The translations under genes were made by a program, and so were the position numbers. A DNA stretch of 64,000 bases, from positions 10,174,684 to 10,238,683 of the forward strand of contig CM119265.1 in assembly GCA_051294375.1 (NCBI GenBank), read 5' to 3'. This DNA comes from Paraspadella gotoi. Lineage: Eukaryota > Animalia > Chaetognatha. The notes under the pieces are model-generated. The model made no database searches, had not been told where the DNA came from, and worked only from the letters and a program-made list of their open reading frames with translations. Each line of letters opens with the position of its first letter. Positions within the stretch are counted from its first letter, which is position 1. Of the stretch, positions 49,099 to 61,200 are shown piece by piece.

Positions 49099-51943
49099 AA
49101 TTAACTCATCGCGTCAATGAATGACTATCATCGCATCAATGAATGACTATCATCGCATCAATGAAATACTATCATCACATCAATGAATGATTATCATCGC
49201 ATCAATGAATGATTATCATCGCATCCATCATTTGGTTATCATCGCATCAATCCTTTGGTTATCATCGCATCAATATTTGGTTATCATCGCATCAATATTT
49301 GGTTATCATCAAAAGCAGGCTCGATCCCTATTGCTTTTAAGATTTTTTATTTATGATTACTAATAAATGTTTTAATTAATTAATTAATTAATTTGAAAAA
49401 TGATACAATTTAAAAAAATTATGCAAGTTGAAAAAAATTATGCGAGTTGAAAAAATTATGCAAGTTGAAAAAATTATGCAAGTTGAAAAAATTATGCAAG
49501 TTGAAAAAATTATGCAAGTTGAAAAAATTATGCAAGTTGAAAAAATTATGCAAGTTGAAAAAATTATGCAAGTTAAAAAAATTATGCAGTTGAAAAATTT
49601 ATGCAAGTTGAAAAAATTATGCAAGTTGAAAAAATTATGCAAGTTGAAAAAATTATGCAAGTTGAAAAAATGATGCAAGTTAAAAAAATGATGCAAATTG
49701 TAAAAATGATGTAAATTGAAAAAATGATGAGTTGAAAAAATTATGTGCGTGGAAAAAATGATGCGAGTTGAAAAAATGATGCGAGTTAAAAAAATGATGC
49801 GAGTTAAAAAAAATATAAAAAAATATTGTGATTTATCATCTGATTAGCAGATTACCGCTTAATTATTGTAGGCAGATCCGACATTGTTTGCTCAAACTTG
49901 TTTATTAATTGGTTTTGATTTGATTTGGCACTGAGTTCATAAAGTTAGACAAAAAAATTGGAAAAAAAAAAAGATTTGTTTTAAAATGAAAGACAATTTT
50001 TAAAGAAACTTTTTCCCGGTCATTGCCAAGACAAATCATAACCAATCAATATAAAATTTGGATATATAAATGATTTAAGATTTTACTACAGAAAAAATCT
50101 TCAAGTTTGCAAATGACAATTTTTTTTAGCGGCGGGCTGTCGTGTGTCACCTTGTAAGACAAGGGAACATTCAAAGAAAACTTTATCTGCACCCACTAGA
50201 TCTTCACTTGCACCTGCTTTTCAACAAAATAGCAATTGTTATATTTTAAATTTTTATTGTCTTAATCTTTTTTTTGAATAATTTTGAATAAATATTTTTT
50301 TCNNNNNNNNNNNNNNNNNNNNNNNNNACTTGTTTATTAATTGGTTTTGATTTGATTTGGCACTGAGTTCATAAAGTTAGACAAAAAAATTGGAAAAAAA
50401 AAAGATTTGTTTTAAAATGAAAGACAATTTTTAAAGAAACTTTTTCCCGGTCATTGCCAAGACAAATCATAACCAATCAATATAAAATTTGGATATATAA
50501 ATGATTTAAGATTTTACTACAGAAAAAATCTTCAAGTTTGCAAATGACAATTTTTTTTAGCGGCGGGCTGTCGTGTGTCACCTTGTAAGACAAGGGAACA
50601 TTCAAAGAAAACTTTATCTGCACCCACTAGATCTTCACTTGCACCTGCTTTTCAACAAAATAGCAATTGTTATATTTTAAATTTTTATTGTCTTAATCTT
50701 TTTTTGAATAATTTTGAATAAATATTTTTTTCTTATTCTGTTTTATTTTTTTCTATTTTTTATTTTATGTTTGATCAAAGAATTTTAATCATATATCATA
50801 TATCAAAATAAAAATAATATTGATTTATAAAATATTTTTGTAAGTACCAAAATGTTAACCCGCCTGTAACATGGTGTTACAGCCTGATCCGAAGCTCAGG
50901 GACTGCTTATATTGAACGGTTCTGTCACTAACCATAACAATAATTACTGTCTCTTCAATAATTTTTTTTATTACATAAATGTTCATTAGTATAATGTTGT
51001 TCGTTCCTCACTTTTAGAATTTTAATTAAAGTTAAATTTAGAAATTTTACTCCGCCTTATTGGTCAGGTGATTGAATCTTCCTCTTAAAGAAAAATAATC
51101 AAAAGAAGTTACAGTAACAACAACAACAACGACGCTCACAACTCTGTTGGCGTTCGTGCTTTCGATATTATCCTCCACTTTCGCTTGGTCATATCCGTCG
51201 GGGTTTAGCGACGGCGCCATGTGGATAAGCGCCGAGTCCAAGAGCGTTTTCACCCAAGTCACATTTTCTGAGAGGGAAAATGGTGAGACAGATAGAGAAT
51301 AAGGCGTAGTGAAAGTTACATACGAAAATTCTAAAAGTTAATTATGAACAACATACCATCAGTGAACATTAATTTGTAAAAAAATTTATTTTATGTTTTT
51401 TTAATTTATATATAGTACTATCCTTATAAAATCGATTTGTATTCCTCGTCAAAAGTTGATAAAAGAAAATATAAATCATTTTTAAAAATTCTTTCATTAA
51501 GTAGGTTAAAAATTAAAAAAACTATATTTAATATATAAAAAGTTAATTTCCAGCTTAAAATATAGCTTTTTCTAATTTTTGACCCACTTAATGAAGGATT
51601 TTTTTAAAAAGAGTTATATTTCTTTTTATCAACTTTTTATGACGAATCCAAATCTGCCAAAAAATCTTAGAAAAAACTGTTTGGAAATTTTAATATTTAT
51701 TGGTTTAGTACTAGTATAAATATGGCCTACTACATAAATTGTAAAATCTATTATAAATTTTTTTATTATATAAATGTTTATTAGTATAATGTTGTTCGTT
51801 CCTCACTTTTAGAATTTTAATTAAAGTTAAATTTAGGAATTTTACTACGCCTTAATAGAGAAGGAGACGGGGGAGAGAAAGAGTGAGAGAAGGAAGAGAG
51901 ATGAATAGTATTGAAGAATGGGCATCGGGCGATATTGTACCAG

Positions 51944-51975
<32 letters not shown>

Positions 51976-52789
51976 AAATTGTGCCAATGAACGACACTTA
52001 TCTATTTATAATTTCGATATTTCCACCTCTCGTCTGAACTTAATAAACAAATAACCCAAAAAATTGAATGAATTGGTTGTACTGTAGTCGGGCTAGGTTA
52101 GGTTAGGTTAGGTTCTCCCCGCCTATAAGCATGACACCTTCAGTCGTGACCCGGTGGCTCATTGAGTAAAGCCATCAGCTCATGACCCTGCGGGAAGCGT
52201 GAGGACGGCCGTAAGCTGCCTTGGGGGCGTGGAAAACCCTCAAGCGTGGTTTCAAGCCCAGGACCCGCTCTATGGCTGCTAGAGAGTGTTAAAGAAGTTG
52301 CGGATAGCACTCTTCTGGCCCACTGAGCGCCACAGTACCAATTTCAAATTTTTTTTTTTTTTTTTGTTAGATTGTAAAATTATACAATTTTGTTTTCAAT
52401 TAATTGTACTGTTTAAACTATGAGTTATGTATAATAATGATTATGTATAATTAAAATATAACGTATAATATAGATATAATATATAAATAACATATAACCC
52501 TCTTCGAACCGTAATTATGCAAGAGAAATTTAGCGAAGCGAATAACGATCTCCCGACCCACGACTATATTTCCGTCCAGATTTGCCACGAGGCGAAAATT
52601 CGGTCGGAGCTTCACTTGTTTTTTTGGCGACTTCCCCACCGCCAGTACGTAGAGGTCCGTACCACTGGGAGAATGAGACGAACGCAGGGATCGAGTACCT
52701 TCCCAGTCTACATATTTTATTTTTGTGATAGGGATAAAAGTGTGTGTGTGTACGAGCGAGCGAGAGAGAGAGAGAGAGCGAGAGAGAGC

Positions 52790-52835
<46 letters not shown>

Positions 52836-55220
52836 CACGGGACGGGACGGAACGGAACGGGACGGGACCATGACCAAAGGATGGACAGACATACAAAGAT
52901 ACAGGGAAAGAAATAAATAATTCAGATGAATAATTCCTAATTTCAGCTTATTTAATATTCATATGTACTAGAACCAAATTCCTAAACTCGATCCCAAACC
53001 TTTTTTCATAATGTTTTTATATTTTTGGATAGAGAATGACTGGAATAATGTAAATCTTAAGTTACGTCTAAATTGGCCCATGGGTTTAAAAGAAATCGAT
53101 CAAAAACAACCAAAATTCCTCTCCCTTTTTTCAACATTTTCCCCTTTTAAGATTTTCAACTTTAGTTCCGCTAGTTAATTTTTTTTCCTTAAACGAACAA
53201 AAGGAATCCATAACTTTCTATTATTTGATAATTTCTGGGTAAAAAATATAATGAATTACTATTAACATTGGGATATTATGAAAGTATAATGTCTTGTGAA
53301 GCCTGTGAGAGTTAAATAATTAAAAATTTCGCCTATTTTATTATTGAAAAATGACAGTAAAGTGAAGAAGTTGAATGTCTTCCGGCTCATTTCAGTAAAC
53401 ATCCCTGTTCTCTAGCATAAAATATTGTTTACTTTTTGCTGGTGGAAAAGAAAGATAAATACTTAGGCTGTGATGGGGTGAATAATATTTTGTAGAAATT
53501 TTGTAAGCATGCTTGTAATATCAGTCGAGCAAATATTTAAGTTAAATAAAAATTATATTTTCTTTATCCAAAAAAGTTTGACTCGAGTACAATTTAGCCT
53601 TTTTTTCTTCAGAATCACTAAAAAGAATTTAATTTTCATTTATTTTTATTGGGTTTCATTAGTTTTTAAATTCATTATAATTTTGACTTAGTTTGACACT
53701 CACCCTGTAAAGAGGTTTCAGCAAAAATAATTCTAATATTGTAACTTGTATGTGCCCAATGATTATGGCTTCATTTTGTACTATTGCCATCCCTTTATCT
53801 TTGTTCTTCAAAAGATATCAGGAAAAATCAGTTTTTTCTCTCAACCTTCCTTTTAATTTCTTATTAAATAAAATTTCATGTTGTCAAACCAGACCAATGG
53901 ACTTTACCACATTGGTTTACTATGAAGAGTTTGGTAAATAATGAAAAGAAAAATTTGGCAAGCTCTTGAGACAAGAGGCTTTCTAAATCTCATAATTCGA
54001 AGTAATATTTATAATGTTAACATACCCTAGCCCCGTTTACAGTTTTTGAAAAGCAAAATTTCCCGTTCATTTCTATAGTAAAAAACAAGGTTGAAAATTC
54101 TCTGGAGATGACTAGTGCATTTCCCTGGCTTGTTTGATATTAAATCCTTTATCAAATGCCATAAGACGAATTTGGCTAGCTCTTAAGATATAACGCTATC
54201 GGAATCGTGTGTTTTTACAACTGTTTATTACCCGAATTTCCGGCAATCTCGTTTGCAATTTGGGTAGTCAGATTTTAACGGAAATCTCTATTAGAAAAAT
54301 GTTGAATTTTTTTTTAAGCGAGATTCTCGTCTATATGTACATTTTCTCTCGCTGAGAGTAACCGCAAAGCGACAATGTAACCCGGTTCCCTGATTATTTA
54401 TCGACATTTCCATGGCGCATTACTCGACGCTTTTCCCGAAGCTGTAGGCGAAGGCTTTGTCAGGGTATGTGGCCGCCAAGTTGTCGAACAACATTTTTAT
54501 TTCTTTGTTGCTGTAATAAGCACTCTTGCCACTCATAAGCTTTTCGGCAGCTCTCGCTCGCATCCCGGTTCGCTCAAACGCGGCGTCGAGATCCCGAACT
54601 ATAGGATCGCTATTAGTGGAACCATTTTGGTTCGTAGAGTAAGTGAGTTCGACGTCTTTCGACCAAAAAGGTGAGTAAGCAGCCTGAAAAGGAGCGTCGA
54701 TTTTTGCCGAGAACCCAAGGCTCGTGGGGCCAATAGAAACATTGGTCTCGCGAGAGAAATCCATCAAAGAATTTACAACATTTCCAGTTTGTAAGGAATG
54801 AGAGAAATCTAGTTCTGAGACGATGACAGATTTGGAATCGAAGCTAACATCCGCAGTCTCCACAGGAGCACCGATCTTTGCAGGGAGAAGCGAGGAGTTC
54901 GTGGGGTCATTAATGGCAGCTCGCTTAGGCAAGCCGTTCGATTCTCGTTCAACTTCAAGATCAACGGTTGGCGCAAAAATCCCCATTTCTGGAGATAGAT
55001 GTTTTAGGTCGAATTTTTTATTATGATAGAGTTTCTGTTCTTTATCCGTCATTCGCTCGCGAGAGGGAACGACGGCTTTGTCCGCTAAAGAGGCCATCGT
55101 GTCGACGAGGTCTTTGTCGTCTTTGTCGGCTTCGTCAGCGTCCGTTGCAGCGACACCCAGTGCGTCTATCACAGCGACGACGACAACGACAACCAAGGCG
55201 TATTTCGATGCAAACGGCAT
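32189..55220 (-). CDS. M14B carboxypeptidase M/D-like protein, paralogue B (predicted inactive, long N-terminal extension)
   Basis: Exons 55220-54424, 52664-52510 (RPNFRLVANLDGNIVVGRE), 51267-51140 (APSLNPDGYD), 43741-43576 (TLNTNFPE..EPETKAIMDW..FVIS..YPY), 40800-40649 (TPDDDVFRYLA), 36581-36381 (DWTY..GVKGIV), 33320-33119 (GEYWRLLLPG), and 32403-32189 (last exon less certain). Intron positions and phases match paralogue A. Confidence 0.88.
32605..32844 (-). mobile_element. TRIM family 1 solo LTR (diverged), nested in a degenerate family 2 LTR
   Basis: Reverse-complement copy tgaaga...ttttagtccaccata with flanks acac/actc. The surrounding 32555-33030 resembles the family 2 LTR (gtagtcgggcattgcat..caccccgcc..catgacac). 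Confidence 0.75.
33593..34863. mobile_element. Non-autonomous element bounded by the same maT TIRs
   Basis: ta|cagggtagtgaataaaaacttagaa ... ttctaagttttgattcactaccctg|ta. There is no transposase, and the interior includes an inverted HINE-like fragment. Confidence 0.72.
35511..36163 (+). mobile_element. TRIM family 1, full-length
   Basis: LTRs at 35511-35745 and 35930-36163 with the same internal region, PPT gggaggggggatg and TSD ATAT. It sits in a MITE whose other copies (near 43291 and 57761) lack the insertion. Confidence 0.9.
41236..42390. mobile_element. Dispersed repeat/MITE (caatggggtgagtcaaaa ... ctgacccaccccattg)
   Basis: Imperfect terminal inverted repeats. Homologous partial copies lie at 26982-27720 and 37890-38030. 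Confidence 0.6.
42730..43424. mobile_element. Dispersed ~700-bp repeat (putative MITE)
   Basis: Near-identical copies at about 34950-36291 (with the TRIM insert) and 56678-57894 (with another insert), plus an inverted fragment at 61650-61875. It ends in cgtcagagcttagtccta. Confidence 0.7.
43972..45253 (-). mobile_element. IS630-Tc1-mariner DD37D (maT) transposon, decayed
   Basis: TIRs caggatagtgaatcaaaacttagaa / ttctaagttttgattcactaccctg with TA on both sides, 1282 bp in total. Transposase motifs are IFSDEK, QDGAPCH and SPDLNPLDY, with 37 residues between the 2nd and 3rd Asp. Confidence 0.92.
44095..45113 (-). pseudogene. Disrupted DD37D transposase
   Basis: ATG at 45113, an in-frame TGA at 45080-45078, a frameshift near 44420 and two further TGA at conserved Trp positions. 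It ends in GGHIE* at 44095. Confidence 0.88.
49105..49310. repeat. About 22-bp tandem repeat (tatcatcgcatcaatgaatgac)n
   Basis: Degenerate array, with related arrays at 38480-38635 and 45740-45950. Confidence 0.8.
49400..49810. repeat. 18-bp tandem repeat (aaaaaattatgcaagttg)n
   Basis: Visible array of more than 20 units. It explains the spurious MQVEKI ORFs, and a shorter version lies at 37385-37480. Confidence 0.9.
49896..50732. other. Assembly artefact: ~405-bp exact duplication flanking a short N gap
   Basis: 49896-50302 and 50328-50732 are essentially identical and are separated only by Ns. Confidence 0.85.
50854..50958 (+). mobile_element. TRIM family 1 LTR 3' fragment
   Basis: ttaacccgcctgtaacatggtgttacagcctgatccgaagctcagggactgc...gtctcttca matches the 3' half of the LTR. 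Confidence 0.8.
51302..51852. mobile_element. MITE (TIR aggcgtagtgaaa / ttttactacgcct)
   Basis: Short TIRs. A second copy lies at about 39130-39704 and a fragment at 50960-51057. Confidence 0.72.
52083..52334 (+). mobile_element. TRIM family 2 solo LTR
   Basis: tgtagtcggg...gcgccaca is homologous to the reverse complement of 24164-24449, with TSD GTAC. Confidence 0.85.
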
Positions 55221-58200
55221 CAGCGACGAATAAAATTGTTACTGTAGTTTTTATATTTGTATTTATTTGTATTTATATGAAAACAAAAGGAAAAATTAAA
55301 GAAAGCTTATTGTTTTTCGCTAAAATGTGTTTTTAACATCAATTTTTCGAAGCGAGAGAAAAAAAGGAATTCTCGTAAACTGTTAAAGTTTAAAGCTTAA
55401 TGTTTAATTTTTCATGGCGCGTTTATTTTGCAATGTTTTGCTTCGTACAAATTTCAACTTATGAAAATTATGAATACGTTGCAAATAGCAGAATATTATG
55501 ATCATGTCTCAAATGCTAATATTTTTTTAAAAATCCTTTGTTAGTCCCCAATTATCTAGCGAAACCTGAACTACACGAATTTCAAATGTGAGTGGCGTGA
55601 AAAGATCAAATTATTAATTACAGCGACTTCAAATTTTGCACTCTTGTAAAAAAATTCCGGACTTTTTTTATTTTTCAACTCCCAACAGTCTAGCTTTCTT
55701 AATTTCTTAATTACATGATCATAAATTTAATGGTATGGCAACATCTGGGTTTTGAGGGCTTCCGTCCATCAGTGATGTCTCCTGTCACTGGCGCGGTTAC
55801 CCTAGGACTGTCTCGCTTTGCCAACCCAGAGGAAAGTCGATATCATCAGGGCCCTGGTAGTGTATCACTTCTCATTATGGACACCACATTTGTTTTTTCA
55901 TGGCGCATCTTTACCTGACACAGAAAACTTTTTGGCCTCGCTTGTAAAGTTACTGGAGACTCAAAATCAATGTCAAATCTATTTTTGATTGAATTGGGCG
56001 CAAAAGGATACTGACTAGGGTGGAGTGATGAAAAGATTGAGCGATGGAACAATGTTTTTTTGCTGCCTTTGTATATGTAATAAAAAATAATGAATATATT
56101 TTTCCAAAAAAATTTGCATAATAGTATCATTAATTGAATTTTCGTTATAAAATCATAAAATTTTTCAATTATATTTTTAAAAATTTTAATAACAGTTTCG
56201 GATTCCAAAAAAATTTTAATAACAGTTTCGGATTCGCCGGAAAAAACTGAAAAACTTTTGTAAAATATGTTATATGATATTTTTAGGTTAAAGCTGCGAA
56301 AAATGACCAAAACGTTTCATCATATAGTTTTTACTACAAAGCGTGAAAAATTGAAGAATTTGACCTTTTTTTGAATTTTTGATGCTGAAGACATTAAAAT
56401 TTTTAAAAACATATTTTATATTTTTGATCTAACTTTTTATTAAAAATCTGAATCTTTAATAAAAATTTTTAAAAAATTATTTTGAAAATTTATGATTTTA
56501 TAAGGATATTACTATAAATATATTGTAATTAATGATACTGTTCCCCAAACAATATAAGCAAAATATTTTTTGTACTCCTTAATCATACTATCTCACGTCT
56601 AAATATCCATGTTTGTTCACTCAAATAAAATTTATGTTCCCCAATGCTCCACTCTAATACTGACACCTTATCTCTTATTAGAGATCGAAGAAGATATTTT
56701 CAATGGAGATTTTCGTTCAAATCTGACTACCAAACAATATAAACATTCCTTGAAAAAATTCTGGTAAAAAATCGATGTAAAAACACTTGATTCCGATCCT
56801 GTTGTATCTGAAGGGCTCGCATTTTATTTCTCTTGTCAAATCATCAACATCTTGATATCAAACTAGCCAGAAAAAATAGACTGCTTCTGGACGGAACAAT
56901 TTTCCATCTCTGATTTTATATAGAAATGAAAGGGATTTTTTTCCTTGAAAACGATATAAATGTAACTGAGGTATGTTCTTGTTCAACAAATGACGTCCAA
57001 TTTTGGAATCCTTGGGCAAAGTGTCTGAAGGGCTCTCAAAATTTTTCTTTATATTTTATTTGGTTATTTTGATATGATACGATCATGGGAAAGTGAATTA
57101 GACCATTTTGGTGAAATTTTTATTTAATGTAATAGTAAAAGAGGAGCTAACGATCGGAATTAATCATTAATGATAAGAATAATAATAACTAGGAATGAGG
57201 GTAATTCCAATAATTTTAATCTGGTACTTATGCCTTTCTGTTTATGATCAGTCTTAAAAAAGTAAAATTTGACAAGTTTCTGTCTATGACTTAAAAAAAA
57301 GGCAATGGCCTAGTATAAATGTTAGGTACCATAATGATAGTATTTACTCGTGATTTTCATTTGCCAAGTTTCTGTCTTAACTAAAAAAAAAAAATGCCAA
57401 TGGCCTAGTGTAAGTGTTAGGAACCATAATGATAATTTTTACTCATGATTTTCATTGGTATACTTAATACTTTTCCAATTTGCAGTGTCCGCAATGATCC
57501 TTAATTGTTGAATTTTATAAAGTTTTCTTTTTATTTTTAGTGCCATCAGTGCAATTAGTCTTGCTCAATACTCATTTATTGTTTGAATGTCAAATTGTTT
57601 CAAATAGTTTTATCTTTTTATCGTCTTAACTGTCAAATTGTCTTTTTTATTTCAGAAAAAAAAAATCGAAATTCTAAAAGTTTTCAACCGGGAGTCAGTT
57701 TCGGGAAAAATCTTCTATGGCGAAAATCTTCCAAAGAAGGGGTGGATATTCCGAAGATTTTGGTTAATATTTTCTATATTTATGGTCGGATTTTTTTGAA
57801 ACTTAACCTTAACAATATTGCCATCATTCTACCTTGGCCGGTATAAGAATATATTCAAAAAACCTCTGGCTTTGTTCGTCAGAGCTTAGTCCTAAATATT
57901 TGGGTCAATGATAGAATAAACACTAAGCTTTCATTTGAGCTCTTTTACGATAATTTTTAAAAAATATTTAAAAATCTTTTGCCATTTAAATAGAATTATA
58001 AGTTTTGCTTCCGGACACTATACGAGTACTAGTACTAGTCAGTACTCGTTGAGTAATAACAAATCTTTTCCTATAACTCCGTTTTGAAATCCGTGTAAAT
58101 TTGCTACTGTTGAAAAAATTAAGGCGTGTTTTCCTAAAATTCCATTGTGGTTTTTCCCTTTTATTTAAATTCGAAACAAAGAAAACAATATAGATTTAAT

Positions 58201-58247
58201 TCAACGTCGTATCCCGGGAGAAGTTCCCTCCCCTTTCCGTTTTCCCG

Positions 58248-61200
58248 TCACCATTTTTCGCGAGAGAAAAAAAAGAGCAATACATAGACGTCGAGGCAAA
58301 GAAGCTTCGAAGCATGTACGCCAGAGGCACTGCTGCCAGCTGGCGGCTTCTGGGTGGACTCTATAAAAAAAAAATTAAGTTACTGTAGCAGACATGTATG
58401 GGCAAAATATCTATGAGACATGTATTGACAAAATATCTACACTTCGGCGCAAAAAAAAGTAGCCACTTCTTTCACATTGAGAAAACTATATTGGATGAAT
58501 GAATTTTACTGAGATACAAAAACATAAAACAAAGCTTATTGAAAGATAAAGCGATTGGTCTAGGTCCCATTAAAATCGATCAAATCGTCCGAAAGTTATA
58601 GGACGTCAAAGTCGATTGGTACAAATCATCTGACGAGAATAATTAATTTTAATCAAGAAGAGTTTTTGACTTTTCCTCCTTATAATATATTTATAATATA
58701 AAATTAACTGATCAAATTCAGCATTAAATATATGTAGGGATAAGTGCCAACCATTTTCAACCTAAATCAAATTAAAATAAGTAGGGAAACTATATAGAAA
58801 AATAATCTTTTAATAGGATAGTTTGGTAATTTTTTATTTTTATTAAAAAAATGTTTTTTCATGTGCTGTCATGTAGCAGACATTGTTAGCTTTCATATGA
58901 TACCTTACATGATGCATTAAAATTATTTTATGATAGTATTATGACATAAAAAAAATTGTGATAATTTTTTTCTGCTAGGCCTCGTAGATACAGCTAAATC
59001 TTATATTTACATTTGTAATAATTGGGACTAATAAATTTTGATATATTCTGTTTATAACTACTCAATGTTGAACTTCTGTATCATAAATATTGACAAAAAT
59101 AATTTTTTAAATTAATTTATTTTGAAATTTTTATTCAATTTTTTGTCAGAATTGATTTTTTTATGATAAAAATAAAAAAAATAATTTTAGTATAATTGAA
59201 AGAGTTTATATTAGTCTGCTTTAACATGAGATGCCATAAGGAAAAAACTTTGATGTGAAAAAGCTTTGAAATTAACCTTGGGTAAGTTATCACTCAACTG
59301 CTTTTTCTTTATTTTTAAAAGATTGTTTTTCTATATAGTTTCCCTACTTATTTTAATTTGATTTAGGTTGAAAATGGTTGACCCCTATCCCTACAGATAT
59401 TTAATGCTGAATTTGTTCAGCTAATTTCATATTAAAAATATATTATAATAAAGAGAAGTAAAAGACTCTCCCTGATTAAAATTAATTTATTCTCATTAGA
59501 TGTTTTGGACCAATCAACTTTGACGTCCTATAACTTTCTGAACGCTTTGATCGATTTTAATGGGATCTGGACCAATTGGTTCAGCTTTCAATAAGCTTTG
59601 TTTTATATTTCTATATCTTAGTGAAATTCATCCATCCAATATAGTTTTTTTCGGGGTGAAAGAAGTGGCTTCTATTTTTTGCGCCGCAATAATAATTTTA
59701 TCAATTTTATGTATTTTGTAAGTATTTTAAGTATTTTTATTCAGTGAGTAAAATAACTTTTTTATTCATTAATTTTTATCTCGGCCGCTTAACGCCAGAC
59801 TTCCCTACTTTTAAAAATAAAAAAAGCAATTGAATGATAACTTACCCAAGTCTTATGATTTTGTTATTTTTATATTGTAAACATCAGTCAAAAAAAAAGA
59901 AGTATTGTGGACGCAGAGGCGGGCAGAGGCGGGCAGAGGCTGCATGAGGGCAACATCTGCTCGGAGATCGTCGAGGATTCGTGCACGGGCGGCGGCGTCA
60001 ACGTCACGGAAGTAGCTCGCCAGGGAGCGTCAGCGTCTCACCAAGCGTCAATATTTGGTTACCATCGAAAGCAGGCTCGATCCTTATGCTTTTAAGCTTT
60101 TTTTTTTAAATTTGTTTGTTTGTTTACTCGAGTTTAGACTATCGCTCACTTTTGATCGTGCAAATCCTAAAGTCGACTGTTCGTGGAGGCGACATAAAAA
60201 GAGTTCTCTGCTTAACATTGACAACCTTTTCTACGTCGTCGCAACCTGGGTAGGACACGATCAACGTGTACCGACCCGGAAGTAGGTGGCGCCAGTAGCA
60301 CCCGTCCCTCGCTGTGAAGGATGGAAATTTTCGCCCTTTGACAGTCACCTGAAAGTAAAGGACAGAATTTGATTTTTGATTCGCCCTCAGCTCCTCTACT
60401 CTTTCTTACTCTCTCTCTCTCTCACTCTCTCTCTCTCTCTCTCTCTCTCTCGTAACCTGTGCGCCCTCGAGCGGTCTTCCCTCGTCTCCTTGTCTGCCGC
60501 TCGTGACGACGCCAGCGACGCCCTCTAATCCGCTGGATAAGAAGTGAATCAACGTGTTTCTACCCAGGGATATTAAGTTATACATGGAGGATATATTCAA
60601 GGAAATGGCGCAATTGCTTAGTCCAACGGTGATGCCCATACATCCAGCGGATGAATACAACCAATCCTAGGGGGGAAGGATTATGATTGGTCATTGCGCT
60701 TGTCGAAATTAACACTTAAGAACATTTATTTCCTTTTTCTTTAATAAAAATAGCTTGATTACTAGTTTTACTTTTGCCACAATAGACTAAATTGCACTAG
60801 GCAATAAAAACAGTATGGTGGACTAAAATCCACCAACCGTTCATCAGCGGCCATTGGTGCCGGAGACATGTCATTCGCCTCCCAACCTAAAGGTCCGGTG
60901 TTCTAGCCCGGTGGCCGCCTAGCAGTTAAGAGGGACGGGGCGCTTAACCCGCCTGTAACATGGTGTTACAGCCTAATCCAAAGCTCAGGGACTGCTTATA
61001 TTGAATGGTTCTGTCATTAACACTTATCAATAATTACTGTCTCTTCATTGGTGAGCCCGACTTCCGAACACAACAGCAACAACAACACTTTCAGGCGACA
61101 TGCCTCAACCTGGCGATGCACTTTCCGCCAACAACACATCAGGCGACATGCCTCAACTTGGTGATGCACTTTCCACCAACAACAACAATTCACTGAAGAG

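Larger units (their letters stand above)
47032..49900 (+). mobile_element. HINE/DINE-1-like (Helentron-associated) element with internal tandem arrays
   Basis: The 5' gtcggatctgc is followed by a nearby inverted copy gcagatcccgac and a gtcc/gtcg microsatellite. The 3' gcagatccgac is followed by a short hairpin gtttgctcaaac, and both flanks are T-rich. Related copies lie at about 37040-37570, 38707-39120, 39775-40480 and 62835-63535, with inverted copies at 29795-30120 and 33680-34230. Confidence 0.65.

Noticed and set aside
49896-50732. Recent tandem duplication or LTR pair
   Set aside because: Identical copies separated only by Ns indicate an unmerged contig overlap.
59888-60016. Alternative last exon for paralogue C (TTSVTLTPPP..ILLFF*)
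   Set aside because: The acceptor is weak and the adjacent sequence matches a dispersed repeat (also at ~49313). The 58360-58248 exon matches paralogue A in length, phase and character.
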